This document shows positions 62,786 to 64,000 of a stretch of DNA of 64,000 bases, in pieces. Position 1 is the first letter of the stretch, and each line of letters opens with the position of its first letter. The position numbers were made by a program, and so were the translations under genes. Source of the DNA: Rhodosorus marinus CCMP1338 (Eukaryota > Plantae > Rhodophyta); contig JAMWBK010000009.1 of assembly GCA_029953675.1 (NCBI GenBank), positions 1,116,001-1,180,000 of the forward strand, written 5' to 3'. The notes under the pieces are model-generated. The model was not told the DNA's origin and ran no database searches. It saw only the letters and a list, made by a program, of their open reading frames with translations.

Positions 62786-63326
62786 TTAACCCTCCGCGTA
62801 TTTCTTCGCCACCAATCGCTTGTACTCTTCTTGTTGGCTCCACAATGAAGCCGCTTGGTTGTTTAAGGGACTGTCGTTGTTTGGCTCATCAAGAAGGCTC
62901 TGAATTGAAAGCAGAATTGATTTCACCGTATATGTCGCGCTCCACTTGTCTTTCAGAATGTCCAGGCAAATATTCCCACTCATGTCCACGTTGGGATGAA
63001 AGCATCCAGTCATAAACTTCACAGTTGGGGCGCTGTACGGGTAATCCTTCGGGAAGACTAGTGATAACTGGAATTTCATGCCTTTGTACGGTCCCACATC
63101 GCTACCGTGAATTGTTCCTGTCCATTGAGTGTAGTTGTCTCCGTCTGGAAAGGCAGATACACCTGGTACACCCTCCATCTGCAAAAAAAAGGTGCACATT
63201 CGAAGTATTCAGCAGTACTTCAAAGAGATGACGCAGGTTTTAAATATTCTATTGACTACGTTCAATGCTTACCATAAGGTTCATCAGCTCGCTCTGAAGC
63301 CGCTTTGCTACCTGCCCGTCCGCCAT
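62786..63326 (-). CDS. UBE2C: Ubiquitin-conjugating enzyme E2-C (APC/C E2), 2 exons
   Basis: [13 protein letters not shown]|[15 protein letters not shown] and [21 protein letters not shown]. Intron 63179-63272. Confidence 0.93.
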
Positions 63327-64000
63327 CTTTCCTGTCTACCTCCGAACCACACGCAGCACTGACTGAACAGTTTGACTTCTCTTCCTATCACGTACAACGA
63401 TGGTTCTCATCAACCCCCTTCCCGTGACCTGAGTTGGATACTATGGTATAATAACTCTGATTCCTCTTCATACAAGAGGAATGCACAGGTGCCACATACG
63501 CACTGTCAGCGTTAGGGGAGCGTCAACGTTCACCTCGCATGAAACTAGCCGTTACGTTTGATGGATTTCCCATTTTCACAAAATTTGCTTTTGGTTTATT
63601 GTGGCATTTGGAGAGTTTGGGGAGTGCGAGGTACTCACGAAAACAATTATTGCCAGTGTCCCCACACAGTCAAAAGATGTTCCTTTGCAAACCCCTATGG
63701 ACTCGGCTATCCGTGAGCGGGGCCGCTTTGGACCGCAAGCGTGTTTGTGCGTGATCCTGAGGAGAGTTGTTGAATGAGAAGGGCGTTCACCAATCTAGCG
63801 GTATCATGGCAGACAACATCCTAATCGACGTCTAGGTCCACACTACGTGCATATCATCAATGACCACTCGATTTTGAGGAGAGAAACGAAGCTTCTTGGC
63901 TCTAGCGGTATGGCGGACCTCTGTACCGGAGTCCGTTGCTCTACTAAACAGATGACGACGTCAACTCAAACAATTTGGAACTGAGACAGAGATCACAACC

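Overview
This is eukaryotic nuclear DNA of about 48% GC. The genes are compact and split by short (mostly about 70-180 nt) GT-AG introns, often with CTAAC/CTGAC-like branch points. N-terminal organelle-targeting extensions and the gene set best fit a small-genome alga, probably a red alga (inference). I spliced genes by hand. Well-supported housekeeping genes are Era GTPase, ORC1, phospholipid N-methyltransferase, DNA ligase IV, RPL26, MetAP1, HOP2, FCP1 CTD phosphatase and UBE2C. Less certain or unusual genes are a SIP5/DA2-type RING E3, an MLO-like 7-TM protein, a C1q/TNF-like-fold protein with NLS-like motifs, a Tudor/AT-hook protein, an IPMDH (LeuB)-like protein with degenerate catalytic sites, an acidic type-I membrane protein, a LETM1-like protein and a FAAP24-like protein. 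Gene-poor stretches hold a 6-copy 106-bp tandem array, an 8-bp minisatellite, small duplications, a perfect hairpin and probable decayed retroelement fragments. I found no rRNA, tRNA or CRISPR. The best leads are the IPMDH pseudoenzyme with a C-terminal CxxxxC tail, the apparently intracellular C1q-like protein and the 106-bp array. Exon boundaries are manual predictions.
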